Source: Octopus sinensis (Eukaryota). From it: DNA of 64,000 nucleotides. The position numbers and the translations under genes are program-made. Numbering within the stretch: position 1 is the stretch's first letter; every line of letters starts with the position of its first letter. The stretch spans positions 2,728,001 to 2,792,000 of the forward strand of contig NC_043016.1 in assembly GCF_006345805.1 (NCBI RefSeq). Direction: 5' to 3'. The notes beneath the pieces were generated by a model. It was not told the DNA's origin. It saw only the letters and a program-made list of their open reading frames with translations, and ran no database searches. Of this stretch, positions 37,971 through 52,848 are shown piece after piece.

Positions 37971-40383
37971 GTCTCAGTCACACCAAATGATGGTTACTGC
38001 TTCACTTCGGCGGCAATTATTCTGAAATTTGCGAATCTCCGTGTGATAAGAATAAGTTGTAATGTTCATGCCTATTTTTATGTACAAAAAGAGGAAAAAA
38101 TATATATTCAAGTTTTGATGTTACTTTTCTTAATATTCAGACTAGTTCTGATCAAATATATCTATCACAATAATGGTTTCCATTGCGTCTTTGCGGTTCA
38201 AAGTCTACATTATCGAATATCTCATTCAATTTTTAAGTCAGTAGTGTGCATTTAGGTACTGTTTCTTGCGAGTCACCTGGCTAAGGGATAGAATTCCTTG
38301 CTAATTCACAAGTGAATCCTTTACGTAACCAGGAAGAAAAGAGAAAATACTGGAATGTTCATACCTGCACAACCTTCTTTTGATTCGTCAAGGTTTATCA
38401 AGAATTAAATTAATAAGTGGAATTCATTTTGATAACAGTTAAGCTGACTGTTTTAATAAATGGATTGATGGTTGGGTTGATGGGTGGGATTACTGCTTGG
38501 ATGGGTAGCTATCTGGATGGTTGTGAGGAAAGATTCCTTATATTTTTTCATGTATTTACGAAATATTTCCAATTTTGATTCTGCATATTCTGTCTCCCTC
38601 AGACGTGTGTCTATGATTTTGCTGTCCCTGTTTTCTTGTATATTGCTCTCCTTTTTTTTGCTCTTCCTATCATGGTTATCTTTTAATATATTTGATATTA
38701 TTGCCATTATTTTTGACGTTTTAGGTGATTTTTCAAAGCAGCTTTAGTATGCGACAGGCGTGAAGGTATTCGTTGCAGGTATTTCTGTCATGCAAAGAGA
38801 ACCTAGTCTGGCGGTGAACATTGTATTGTAGAACATTAGTGGAATTTGTTGTCCATTTTAGCGGAGAAAACTTGACCCATTTCGTTGTTTTTCTTTGCAC
38901 TTGTCCGAGAAAAACGTGGACCCAATCTACTGCTGATGGCCTTTTCACTAAATAGTTGTATTCATTCGTGAAGAAAAATATACGTAAGTCGTGTAGGCAC
39001 ATACACTGTCCTGTATATTTTAAAATCACATAAAAGTAGAATAGGATTAGAAGGGAAGTGACAGAGAAAGACACCAAACAAACAATTAAACAAACATAAT
39101 ATATACAGAAAGAACTAAAACAAAGATGAAAATGGAAAGAAAGATAGAACAGAGCGAGAGAGGGAAAGAGAGAGAGAGAGAGAGAGAGAATGAGAGAGGG
39201 AGAGAGAGAGAATTAGTAGTAGTGGTAGTAGAAATTGCAAAGAAAAGTAAATAGATGTGGCTCAGGGAAAGTGATAGGGGAAATATATGGAATGGGAGAT
39301 AAAAAAGAAAAAAAAAAACTGACAATGAAAGACAAAGTATGAAAAGAATATGTGATGGAGAGGAACAAATAGAGGAAAAGAGAACGACAGAGAGATAGAT
39401 AGAGAGAAAAAGAGGGAGGAGAGAGAGAGAGAGAGAGAATGAGAGAGGGAGAGAGAAATAGATGAAGAGAGAAATAAAGATGAAGAGTGAAAGAGTAAGA
39501 TTTTGGTGTCGCTGCCCACAGAACGGTATGAAGGTTCTTCCTAGCCAGTGCTGAATTAGTTGGTAGAAAGTGAAGTGAAAGAAAATCCTATATGCCGGGG
39601 ATTTTCTAGCTGACACTGATCTTTTCTTACCTGCTTTAATCCACATTCATTACATTCTTTTACGTCTGAAATTGCTTACCCGAAATGTTTTACTTAAAAA
39701 CTTATTTCATACAATATGAGATTGTTTATCGTTTACATTGCTCTGCCTCATTCTCCCTATATGGTTTCTAATCCGTTTGACAATTACTTACTCTTTAGGT
39801 AAGCTTCAATAGCTTCTTGATAGACACTTTTAAAGATTTCTGTCAATCCTTGGGGTCCAATCTCATATATTTCCTGAACCTATTTTCTATCACGAGTTCA
39901 CTCGTTTTGAACAATCTATTGTCTATTTGTGCTTGAGCTCGCATTCGATTTCTCATTTATTTACTTTTTTATTTTTTCTTGCTTTGAGAAAGATTCTCAT
40001 GTAAGATTTGTTACTTCCGTATGTACACTGTCAGTTATAACTCACTCCTTCCTCATGACATTTCCACTAGCTAATTCTGTAAACCAGTTAATTTTCCAAC
40101 AATGTTTATAATCTGGCTAATTCCTTTATATTTCAAACGACTATTGCATCTCGATACACCCTACTGTGATGAGAGACTCGCCATAGCAATTGTTTTAAAA
40201 ACAACTCTTAACTCCTTTCACAGCCCGATCAATTACCTTTTCTTTTCAATTCTTTTTATAGTTATGTACAGGCTTTATATACACACATATATGCATATAT
40301 GTATATATATATAAATCTGTGTATATACCTATGCATGTATGCATTTACATATAAGAATATACGTATATATATATATAATATAT

Positions 40384-40431
<48 letters not shown>

Positions 40432-40503
40432 AGCGCATACACATACGCGCGCGTACACACACACACACACAACCGCGTACATCCAAACACACTCATATAA
40501 AAG

Positions 40504-40541
<38 letters not shown>

Positions 40542-40812
40542 TTATAGCAGGGAAATTAATCCGTATTAACTTCTTCGGTTGCTTTCGTTTTGTAACTATA
40601 GAAATAATGATTATATAACAAACACCCACACCCACACACACACATACACATATATATATATATATATGTATATATATGTATGTATGTATGTACGTACGTG
40701 TGTGTACGCACACATACAATCACATATATGCACTCATAAATAGTTATATATTTCTTACATATAAAACCGCATGCCTATCTGTATATCCATCCATCTATTT
40801 ATATATCTATCC

Positions 40813-40891
<79 letters not shown>

Positions 40892-40892
40892 C

Positions 40893-40963
<71 letters not shown>

Positions 40964-40964
40964 C

Positions 40965-40999
<35 letters not shown>

Positions 41000-41000
41000 C

Positions 41001-41044
<44 letters not shown>

Positions 41045-41110
41045 GTCTATCTATCTATCTATCTATCTATCTGTCTATCTATCTATCCATCTACCTATCT
41101 ATCTATCTGT

Positions 41111-41162
41111 CGACGTTGTATCCATTCACCGTTAGACGGTAGTGAGATGAACAAACACACAA

Positions 41163-41224
<62 letters not shown>

Positions 41225-41513
41225 CTATATAAATGTATGTGTGTATATATATACAACCTTCAACAAGGTAACAGTCATGTATACAACTTGAACTGACACA
41301 TATCATTACGTTCACATATACATACACATGTACACACACATATACATACACATGTACACACACACATACACGTTTACACACTCTCCTAAATACTCACATA
41401 CATATGTAAGTACATAAGTACATACATACATACATACATACATACATACACACACATGCATACATACATACATACATACATACATACATACATACATACA
41501 TACATACACACAT

Positions 41514-41546
<33 letters not shown>

Positions 41547-41873
41547 TAAATACATACATACATACATACACACACACATACATACATACATACATACAAA
41601 TATACATACATACACACATACATACATACATACATACATACATACATACATACATACATACATACATACATACACACACACATACATACGTACATATATA
41701 TATCATGAACTAACTGTTACTTTCTCAGATGCAGCACGAAGTTTTGTCAGTGAAGAGGTCGCGGTCTGAAAGCGACGAAAATATTTTGACAAAATAAATT
41801 TATATGTTGAAGTGAATCGAACGGTTTTTGTGTGTTTCTTGAATGGCTTATAAACACCTTTCACGCTGCAATC

Positions 41874-41875
<2 letters not shown>
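41111..41875. repeat. Diverged direct duplicate of 34825-35380 with expanded (TACA)n
   Basis: See 34825-35380. Confidence 0.9.
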
Positions 41876-41968
<93 letters not shown>

Positions 41969-42227
41969 GTATGTATATATGTATATATATATATGTATGT
42001 ATATGTATATACACACACACACACACTATATATATACAACTGGTGACTTTGAGATTCCGTGTACCAAATCCACTAACAAAACTTTGGTCGGCCCGAGGCT
42101 ATAGACTGATCCCGGATCCATGCGATTGGTAAGCAAGCTGCTTGCCACACAGTCACACCTGTAATATTTGAATTGTTCAACACTTTTACAATACTATTGA
42201 AAAGGTTATAAAAATTCCGACAGAATG

Positions 42228-43320
42228 TATACGACTGTGTAACCAAAAGGAACCGGAGTTTTGCAATGTTAATTTATTCACTCGGTTTTACATGTTTACA
42301 CTTTTATCCCTTTGCAAGTATTCTCCATTTGAAGCAATGCATCGATCCAGACGCGTTTTTCACTATTCGAAGCAGTCCTGGAATTCTTGCGAGATGATGC
42401 CTTTTAATGCTTCCGTCGTTTTTCTGCACATCTTCCACATCTGCAAATACCGTAGCACCAGCTTTCGTCACCAGTGATAACCTTTGAAAAAAAGGTTCGA
42501 ATCAATTGCCACCTGTTCTTTCAGATCACGACACGCTTTTAGTCGTGACTACTTTTGATCGTTTGTGAGCACAAATTTTGCTGCAGATCTTTTCAATCGT
42601 GATTCATCGCTCGAAATTCGTTTGGAAGAGCTCCAGAACACATCATTCATATCAACAACTTCGTCGATTGTTCGACGACGGTCCTCCAAGATCAGTTCAG
42701 TAATTCTCGTGATGTTATCATTTTTTTCGGGAGGCCAATGGCTCGTCCTGAACGAGATTGGTCTTCAAGCGACAAGTAACCTTTCCATAAGCGTAAAAAC
42801 AGCTCGTAAACGTGTGTTTCATGGCACAGAGTCCTTGTAAACTGTTTGAAACATGATAATTGCTTCGGTCGCTATTTTCATCAGCAGTATACAGAATTTT
42901 AAGACGCACAGTGTGACAGTACGACTCTACACGAGGACGCCGGTCGGCAGATGGTCGCCTGAGGGCGGCGAACTGGCAGAATCATTAGCACGCCGGGCGA
43001 AATGCTTAGCGATATTTCCTCTGCTGCTACGTTCTGAGTTCAAATTCCGCCGATGTTGACTTTGCCTTTCATCCTTTCGAGGTCGATAAATAAAGTACCA
43101 GTTGAGCACTGGAGTCGATGTAATCGACTTAATCCGTTTGTCTGTCCTTGTTTGTCCCCTCTATGTTTAGCTCCTTGTGGGCAATAAAGCAACAAGAAAG
43201 AAGAAATAAGAGTGACGCCTGAGAATGGCACCAAGTAGTTCCTGGCGGCGCGGGCCTCAGCTACAACGAGCTTGTCCCACTGAGAACGTTACCGGTTAGT
43301 TTTGGACAGCCCCTCTGCAT
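42228..43320 (-). mobile_element. Internally deleted mariner with a nested SINE
   Basis: Minus translation SLEDQSRSGRA..ELILEDRRRTIDEVV..SAAKFVL; degenerate TIR-like ends at ~42228 and ~43310. Confidence 0.7.
42965..43200 (+). mobile_element. Full-length SINE (family of 20023-20289) inserted in the mariner
   Basis: Same head and body; tail AGCTCCTTGTGGGCAATAAAGCAACA; possible TSD G(T/A)CGCCTGAG. Confidence 0.88.
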
Positions 43321-43399
43321 TTTAAATGTTTGCTACGCTTTGTTACCCGGAGTTAAGCAGTAAAAATGCACGGATTTATTTGTAGATAAGTTGAATTGC

Positions 43400-44430
43400 A
43401 TTTATGCATGTGTCAAGCCATCCCGTATCAAGTAATATCCGAATTTTGGGTAAGAAAACGGTGATCTGCTTTTATATTGTATTAAAATTTTAATCTGTTT
43501 ATAATTTTCATCATTATCGATGACTTCCTTCCATCAAGACATCGTGTTTTGAACTTTATTGGTGAAAATCTCTTTTGGCTGTGATGAGAAGAAGGAAGAG
43601 TGGTCAGTTTCGAATTCGTTGAGGATTTTGCGTACGAATCCGTCTAAGTGATTTTCTAATCTTCAAAACAAATGGTAATCAGAAAGAGCAAGGTTCGGGG
43701 AGTAAGGTGAGTGAGGGATTTTTCCCCAGCCGGGTTCTTCGATTTTTTTCTGATGCAATCTTTGCAGTGTGGGGTTTTACGTTGCCATGATGAAACACCA
43801 CTCCCTTACGATTTGCCAACGCAGACCTTTTTTTTCAAAGCAGCATCCAAAAGCTCTAATTGTTGGCGATGGGTTTGAGTAGTAATTGTTGCTTTAGTTG
43901 GTAGCAGCTCAAAGTGGATCACCCCAATACAATCTCACCAAACAGAAAAAACTTTTTTTTGCATGGAGGTTCTTTTTGGGTTGTGATTTAACCTGTTCTC
44001 CTAAGCCGTTGCCTTCGTCACTTAACATTTTCATAAAAAATCTGTTCAAAAATAGTTTGCTACTCTCACGCGAGTGAATAGATGAACAGATGTCCATTCG
44101 TGATGTTTGGTTGGCTTCTTTCAAATAATGGGGAACCCATTTTACGAGTTTGGGCACCTTTCCAAGCTGTTGAAGTTAGTGGTAAACAGACGAGTAGCTT
44201 GAACTGAATTTTGTTGTCAATTTTGTTGTCAATTCCTCAACCGAAAGAAGCTCATCAACAAATTCAAAGAGCATCTTATTCGTGGCCTCTCTCTTGGACT
44301 GAAATCACCATTTTTGAATTCTGCAAACCATTTTCTGCAACGTCTTTCGTTCAAGCATTCTTTCCCATGAACAATAAATAATGTCGGGTTGTTTCTGCCT
44401 TAAATGTATTAAATGCTCCTTCGATTCGTC
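43400..44430 (-). mobile_element. Degenerate mariner transposase
   Basis: QKWFAEFKNGDFS, KWVPHYL, FHHGNVKPHTA, and a PYSPDLAPSDYHL-like segment at ~43680-43710. Confidence 0.8.
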
Positions 44431-44589
44431 CATCTTTGAGGGGTTAATATTAGTGATTATCTCAGATTATTCTGAAAAATGAAATTATATTAAGTTAAAG
44501 GTTTCCAAATTCATGTGATTTTCGATCAATACCATTTGACATTTTAAAATCCTGCAAAATATGATAGAAATTGCATATTTATACGATGA

Positions 44590-45260
44590 CTTGGAATTGA
44601 AGAGAGGGTCTCCCATAATTTCAATGAGAAACTTAGATCTTCTTGATTTCTTTAATTGGAACTATCCAAATAATTGTGATCTGTCAAAGGCATGAAGGAG
44701 ATTGTGAATATCATTGCATTGTGTGATAGGGTTTAAATAATGCTTTCCATATTAAAGGAGAAAGACAATTGTATTTTTCTTGGCCGTTTAAAGGAGAACG
44801 CTTTTTATGGCAACATTTCTGGTGTTTTTTCAAGAACACGTTCATCCTTTATTCCCTGGCATAAAACCACACACACCTGAGTATACTGGCATACAGGTTG
44901 TTGAAGATAATTTAAGTCATTCTGCATGATCTGTCTTGGCGCTTTATCTTTAGCTAAACACAGCTGTATCGGTAGCTGTGTCCACGGAACTAATACATCG
45001 AATCAAACTTTCCGATATATTGAGCTTAGTTCGATTCGAGGAGTCATGACAATGTTGTTTCTCAATGTACAAACATTGATCTATACTGTGATTTGATTGT
45101 CGTGCATTTCATACACGATCATCGATTTCAATGTAATGGAAGATCTAAGTTTCTCATTGAAATTATGGGAAAGCCTCTCTTGAATTCGATTTCATGCGAG
45201 CCATCCGTATAGTTCAAGTGAATCAACGAATTCTGTAGGAAAATGGAAGTTATTACCTCT
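44590..45260. mobile_element. Helitron Pif1-helicase C-terminal remnants (44820-45260 minus; short inverted copy 44590-44680 plus)
   Basis: FPTEFVDSLE..FKRGFPIISMRNLD, TPRIELS, QLPIQLCLA and LQQPVC resemble the Helitron motifs YPxEFLNSL, PIxLxRNLD, IPRI and QFPVRLxFA. Confidence 0.7.
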
Positions 45261-45589
45261 TTCACTCATGAAATTGAACTAACGGTATTCTTTCATTGTT
45301 CCTTGAAAACACCTCGTATACGCTGGATTGATTTTTCTCAACATTTCATTGACAGGAATCAGGATACAATTCAAAGAGAACAATCCTGTTGGATTTTTGA
45401 ATGTCGCATAGATGAAATCAATGCAATATTGTAATTAGGTAAGTCAAAACATATCAACAAAGTGATAAAATAAAAAAGGAAGTAAGCGTGTATTGTAATA
45501 GTGCAAACTTGAACTGTAAATTATATAAAAATGAAAAAAGTATAATTTAAAACATGAAATTGTGTATTAATCTATGCAAAATTAAATAG

Positions 45590-45625
<36 letters not shown>

Positions 45626-46656
45626 GGGAGCGCACTGTGAGTGCTGTACGTCTGTGTTCTGCATATGTATATGAGAGTATATGTGTGAGAGTGCATGTGT
45701 ATGTGTGTGTGTGTGTGTTATATGTATGCGTATGTTATGCTGTGTGTGTGAGAGAGTGGATAATTGCTGTTTGTTAATGACAGAGAGAGTGCGTGTATGC
45801 GTGTGAATGTGTAAGTGTGTGCATGCTGTATATGTGTGCATGCTGTATATGTGTGCATGCTGTATATGTGTGCATGATGTGTATTTGTGCGCACTGTGTG
45901 TGCTGTATGTCTTACTGTATGTGTGCGTGAGGCAGAGAGAGAGAGAGAGAGGGTATGAGTGTGCGTGTGTTTTAGAAATTCTATTGGAACAAAAGTGAAA
46001 CTTTGGATTGTAATAAAAATTGTAAAAAATTGTACGTAAAATTCTTTACGAATATTTTCAAGACATGTAGGCTTGTTTTAAAAAAAGTCAAAAGAATGAA
46101 TTAGAATAACAAAAAAATTGAACTGTAATTAGTAACAATATATTTTCGAAACTTGGCATACATTATTATCTTTGAAGTAAATGCAAATCAAAAACGTGAA
46201 CTGCCGTCGGTGATTGTAAAGAAACCATAACATGTCAAAAGACCGTGTGCAAAATGTGTCTTTCTGTGTTCGTGTGTGTGCGCGCGCGTATGTGTGTGAA
46301 AGAGAGGGAAAGAGAGAGAGAGAGTGAGAGAGGGAGAGTGTGAGAGAGATATATATAGAGAGAATAGGTGTGTGATTGGGAAGCCAACGTGGTTTTGATT
46401 ATGAATTTGTATAGGAAAAAATTTCTATTTGAATATTTTCAAGTGTATAAACCAGATAATATACTCGAAAACTTCATTGTAACAGAATGTTTAATTAAAG
46501 GAAAACATATATGAAACCAATTATATATAGAATAGACTGTTTCAATTAAAATTAAAGTACAAAAAACGTTCCTTAGATTTATAGTATAATAGAAATGAAC
46601 GCATCAACACGTCCATATGCACATTCATACATGCATATATCATTACTTATATATAT

Positions 46657-46728
<72 letters not shown>

Positions 46729-46796
46729 CATGCATGCATGCATACATACATGCATACATACATAAAAGCATATATATGTAAATATATACATACATA

Positions 46797-48064
46797 CATG
46801 CAAGGGTGGGCTGAAAAGTTCATGGAATGACTATGAGGGATTTATGCAAGAGCTGTAAAGTGTTGGACGCATTAATTTCATCTCTCCATATTAATAGCTG
46901 TTCCTTTCAAAGTAAATTAATGTCTAACCGTTCAAATACGATTTCAAAATTAATAGCTGCGATTTCTCTTGAAAATTGACAAGAGTTGGCATAAGAGAAT
47001 TGGTTTAGTCCTAAAGGACATTAATAGTAACATGATTGCTACATTAGGGGATGATGCTCAAGTTTTGTCGACAGTGCAAAAGTGGAAAGCTGAATTTAGG
47101 AGGGGAATGGAGTGTCTTGAAGATGACCCAAGGTCGGAACGTCCTGAAACTCTCTTCACTGAAGAAAACATTGGTCATGATCATCACATGCTGATGGATG
47201 ACAGCTGATTGACTATAGATTAAAACTCAATGCTATTAGCATATACCGTGAGAGACTTAAGAATATTCTGCACATTGAACTTGGCATGACGAAGGTTCCT
47301 TGTTCGGTAGGTCCCATGACATGTGACACCTGATCAAAAGCGCACCAGGCTGGTCATATCACGGGAAAATCTGACGTTGTTTGAGATAGAACCAAGTGGT
47401 TTACTTGAACGTTATCTAACCGAGGATGAGTGTTAGGTTCATCACTTTTAGCCAGAGAGAAAGAGAAAGCCATACAAGAGAAACATCCCTACTCACCTGC
47501 TCAATGAAGATCATTTCATCTAAAGAAAAGATGATAGCCTCAGTTTTTTGGGATGCAAAATGTGTTGTTTATTGATTATTTTTAAAAGGTCCACTTAACC
47601 AATGGATATTTTAAAAAGGTCCACATACCAATTTGCCGAGGCAGGTACGAAAGGCTATCAAGCCCGAACTCCCAGGAAAATGATGAAAAAAGTCTTGCTT
47701 CATCAGAATGATGCTCCAGCACACAAATCATTCGTTGCAATTGCTACTGTGCGTGACTGTAGCTTTGAACTAGTTGATGATCCTCGCTCTTCTCCCAATT
47801 TGGCTCCGTCTAAGTATTATCTGTTCCTTAACATGAAGAAATACTTGTCTGGGAACCACTATCGCAGTGATAATCACGTCATATCTGCCTTTGATGACGT
47901 TTTTGACCAACAAGACGAAAACTTATTCACCAACGGGATCCACACAACCCTGATGGGAGAAGTATGTAGACTGCAAACGGTTCTATGTTGAAAAATAAAC
48001 CTCGTTTGGTCGCCTTCCATAAGTCTATCGTGATCAGCCCATGAACTTTGCTGGCAACTCTAGT
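46797..48064 (+). mobile_element. Near full-length degenerate mariner (~1.27 kb)
   Basis: TIR-like GGGTGGGCTGAAAAGTTCAT and ATGAACTTTGCTGGCAACTCTAGTA; STVQKWKAEFRRG..EDDPRSERP, TEDEC, LLHQNDAPAH, SSPNLAPSKYYLF. Confidence 0.88.
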
Positions 48065-48639
48065 ACATACATATATAAATACATGTGTGAATACAATATA
48101 CATTCACTCATATACTCCCATTCATGCACATATATTCATACAATTTCACTGGGCATATAGGGACAAGAAAACATTCGGAGATAATGCAAAACCTCCCTTT
48201 TAGGGTTATTAATACCGTTAAAGTAAAAACCAAGAAGGCACTTTTAGAATGTTAACTTATTCAAAGTTTTGGTAACTGGGCCTTGTCATCGTAGCCAATT
48301 CGTAAAGGTAGTAGGAATGATTCTATTTTGTATGACTTCATCAGCGGTGTATGTTCGCTCGCAATAGGTTCGATTAGAAAGTCCATTTTCTTTTAAGAGA
48401 GGGGGAGTATAGAAGAAAGATTATGCTTACTTTTTATATGTATTAATAGTGGGTAGAAAGGAAAATATTTAGAAGTAAAATTCTGCAGAATGTTTTAACG
48501 CGATCCCAATAATGAAAACTGAATGCAATATTCATTTATGTTTCCCTCAATTCAGAACGAGGAGAAATTCAGGAGGAAATGAAATATAGCTTGGTCTGTG
48601 CAAAGGTAATATTATATGTTGAGGGCTTGCAGTCGGGAG

Positions 48640-49110
48640 GTTTCATGCCTCGGGGACCGTTCAGCAGGACGCCAGAGACGTCAGCCTGCGACGCCGTCAG
48701 CCCGGCGGTCAGCCGCCGCCTTCGCGCCGCCTCGCTTTCTCCCGTTCGTCCGCGAGCCGCGGGGCCGTTGGCGGCAGGCCCGCGCCGGTCGCCCGTTCCT
48801 CCGCCGCGCTACCGTGCCCGAAACCGAAAGAACGAACCCACGCTCGCGGTACGGCCCACGGACGCGTGGACGTAGCCGCCACCGATGTTGGAAGGGCGTT
48901 CACGAGATGCACGCCGTCGATACGGCGACGCGGTCCGTCCCGTAAAAACCCGAAAGATGGCAAACTGCGGCTAGCGCGGTCGCCCGTTGCTCCGCCGCCC
49001 AAGCGTGCCCGAAATCGAAAGAACGAACTTGAGCGTGCGGTCTCGCCCACGTACGCGTGGACGTAGCCGCGACCGATGCCGGAAGGCGTTCACGAGATGC
49101 ACGCCGTCCA
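48640..49110. repeat. GC/CpG-rich island with ~1.7 copies of a 191-bp unit
   Basis: GGTCGCCCGTT at 48787 and 48978; both units contain CCGAAA.CGAAAGAACGAAC and GTTCACGAGATGCACGCCGTC. Confidence 0.85.
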
Positions 49111-52100
49111 CGTGTACAGATGTTAAGAGTTCAACCAGTGATACATTTAAATATTATTGTTGATGTTGTTATCAACCGAGATTTCACCAGGAGACATTCA
49201 ACAAAGGAAAGAAGATATCATTTACATTCTCTTTTTCAGAGTGGATGCTTCCAAAGACATCTTGTTTACAGACAATTACTGGTTTGCACAACTGAATTAC
49301 ACCCTGTAGGTCAGATTGGAGTTTTATCAGCGCATCACCTCCACTGATAACTTTTAAACCTTACAATCACCTGCGGAAGCCAGATAGGAAAAAATAAAGG
49401 AAAGAAGAAAATCTTGTATAGTACCTTCGAGAAAACAACTAAGGGTTTATGCTGGGTTTTAGAGGATTCTGTGGAATGTAACAGAATACTAACGTAAGAT
49501 TTGTCGAAGGCCTTACTGAAGTCAAAGAATATGACCTCTGTGAACGTGTCTCTTCCAAAACATTTAAAATTTCATGAATTAGTATAGATGTGCTAAGTAG
49601 GCAACCAGTCGAGTGATCTCTATTAAACTGAAAGACATACTGGTTGGATTTTAGGGAATGTTGCTCTCAAAGTAAGCAGTTATTTTTTATCCAACATTTT
49701 CTTGTATGTATGTATGTATGTATGTATGTATGTATGTATGTATGTATGTATGTATGTGTGTATGTATGTATGTATGTATGTGTATATGTATGTGTGTGTG
49801 TATGTATGTACGTATGTATGTGTGTGTATGTATGTACGTACGTATGTATGTATAATATAGGCGGCTTATTCGCAATTTCTGAACCAAATGGCAGAAATAT
49901 AGACTTCGCTAAAGTGAAAAAAATGTGTAGTTAATGAACAAGCGACACACGGACGGGAAAACGTATATTGAGTGCACAAACGGACGAGAAACAGACATAG
50001 GGGGTTCCTAATCCTTCATCGGTTATCATCCATTATTACTCAGTTTCGCACAGTTGATAATAAGACTAAGATGCTTCCCATGCCGGTGGTGCCCGCGAAA
50101 GTTGCGGAGAATATTGGACTGAGAGCAAACAATACATGGATAGCAGGCAATACAGAAGTAGACTTACGAAAGTGAATGAATGTTATTTAAGAGGATGGAC
50201 GAAAGACAAAGACGAAATAAATACGAAACGACCAGAATACAGCCTCAGGGCCAAAAGAAGACGGGTGCAGCCGGGCCCCCAAAAATTTAGGACCGGTTAA
50301 CTACGCAACTAGAGTAAAAACAGTAGAGCAAGAAAGGCCGGCCACGGGTCACGTGTCACCAGTAGGCAGAGAGAAAAGAGGGCGATATATATATATATAT
50401 GGTCATGGCGAGAACATCTTTATTTATATGACACTAAACAACAATGATTAGAATTTAAAATTAATTCGTTTGGATTTCTCGTAATTTGAATTAGTAACTT
50501 GAATGGGAGAAAATTAACTTACCGCTCCTCTAAAATTGCTGGCACAAGGAATAAATCTATTGCATCGACTTCGGTGTCCATCTGCTATTATTTTATCGAC
50601 TTCTCAAGGATGAAGTCAAAGTCGAAATCGGTGGAATTTAAACACAGAACGTACAGAGCCGGAAGAAATGCTGCTAAACATTTTGGCTAATTCTGATATC
50701 TCACCGCCTTAAATTTTTCATTTACAAAATTAATGAAAATAAAGCCATCTGACATTTATACAAAATAGATTTACTTTTAGGGAAAGAGTATTCGATTTAA
50801 TTAATTTTATATAACTGGTTGTAAAACGAAAGTAAATAAATGGAGCTCATGAAGTGTTATAGGAGCGTGTTGCCTAATGCTTTGATGTTCCTGCAATTTC
50901 TCCATGATATTATAACAATAATCGTATCTATATCTTGATAAGTTGAACATGCTAAATGCTCAAGAATCCTTCTAACGGATGCAAGTGAATTATTAGATCT
51001 TATTTTATTGACACCGGAGAATCAGATGCAAACTGATGTATGATTTGGACACGGAACGTATACATACATATATAAATGATATATTGCATGACTTCTGTCT
51101 TTGTTTTCTTCAAGACTGCCGACATCTGAATTTTAATATATTGGTTAATTTTTATGAAGAACAAAGGAGTTATATTTTAAGACGTGAAATGAAGAGAAAT
51201 GCTACGTTTGTATCTTTCCCAGGGCTATTAACGTCTTAAATGACGTTAAAAGGCTTTAGCAACGATTGAAACCTTGTTGCGGTCCCGCTTAACTGGAAGC
51301 TTACTTCTTACTCTGCGGCACTCATCAGTTCTCTATTCAGATATTGCTAGCATCCTAAATGCAACGTTCAATGACATCGCAGACAGATATGTTATCTTAC
51401 TAGACACTTCTCAACAGTATACCACAAACTCAATCTTTGTAAAAGAAAACTTGAGGTAGTCGCTTCTTAATTATCTAAATAATTAGCTTAATCACCAAAA
51501 GCATTTTATATCAGCATTTTATTCAAAGCCATTTCATTCTTCTCTAAACTGACGTGGTCTTATTACAACAAATAGCTTCCTTTCCTCAGTTGTTAAGGAC
51601 GCCATGGTACAGATATGCTCGTATGAACGTGCGCCCATGTACATAAACTTAAGTCTACATAAACACACACGCAAACACACAAATACACACACAAACACAC
51701 ATGTATATGTATATGTATGATTATATATATATATATATACTTGTTTGTTTGAGATGAGCATACCATAAACTAAAGAAAGTGTTGCATAACAGACTAAAGT
51801 AACTTTCCGTTTTAATTGAATGCTTGAATACGACAAAACAAATGTGCGGGTTACCTCACCACAGAACATTGTCAAGCATTAATTGAGGGCTAGAACTTGT
51901 TTGTATATGTAGGCATATCGTGAATAGGGAAGTGTAAAGAGAAGAAGGGGAATGCAATCAAAATGTTACAAGGAGGAAAATTACTTGAATTTCATTAAAA
52001 AGATTTTGCTGCAATCACAATAGTTTCCTCAGTTTAATCACGAACGACTTCCGTTCACAAAACAAATTTGATCTGGGATGAAAAATAATCAATAATGAAG

Positions 52101-52734
52101 CAAAATAAAGCTTCAACAATTTTTGCATAAACTACAAAAATTCATCAAGTTTCTCAAAACTGAATAAATCAACAAATAATAACTGCAGTTGTGTAATTTC
52201 CCAAAAAGTACCCCGTTAATATATAGATTTCCAGTAGCCGTACAAACTAACAGCTCCTCTGAATAATATATTGGACTCACAATAAAACTATTAAACGTAA
52301 TCTCAATCATCACTCACTCATCTTTTTTAATAATGGCAGAAGGAAGCTTCACACTCTCTCTTCCTTTGAGACTGAAAGACAATATCCACTAATAAAATTT
52401 AAAATGCATTATTCTTTCAAGACCACTGCGGTGCACAAGAAACAACAACGAAGACATGCAGTTATTTTTGTAAAGGAGTTTAGACATTCTAATCTAGACA
52501 AATATATTCAATAAGGTATACTGAAAGATTTTCCTAACAGTGCATATTCGAACTTTTTTAGTAAATTTCAAAAACTGTCCTTCTAAGTACATTATCAATC
52601 ACATACTTCATTACATTAAATAACACGCATTTTAGAGACGAATACGCCATTATAAATAATTCTTGTCAGTATTCTGTCCTTTAGAGTACATACAATTCAT
52701 CCCTATCGTTATACATTCTCTTTCTTCGTTTTAC

Positions 52735-52826
<92 letters not shown>

Positions 52827-52848
52827 ATATCTATCTATCTATCTATCT

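Noticed and set aside
49924-50416. Possible solo LTR (TG...CA, GC-richer block)
   Set aside because: No TSD, no second copy and no adjacent gag/pol sequence.
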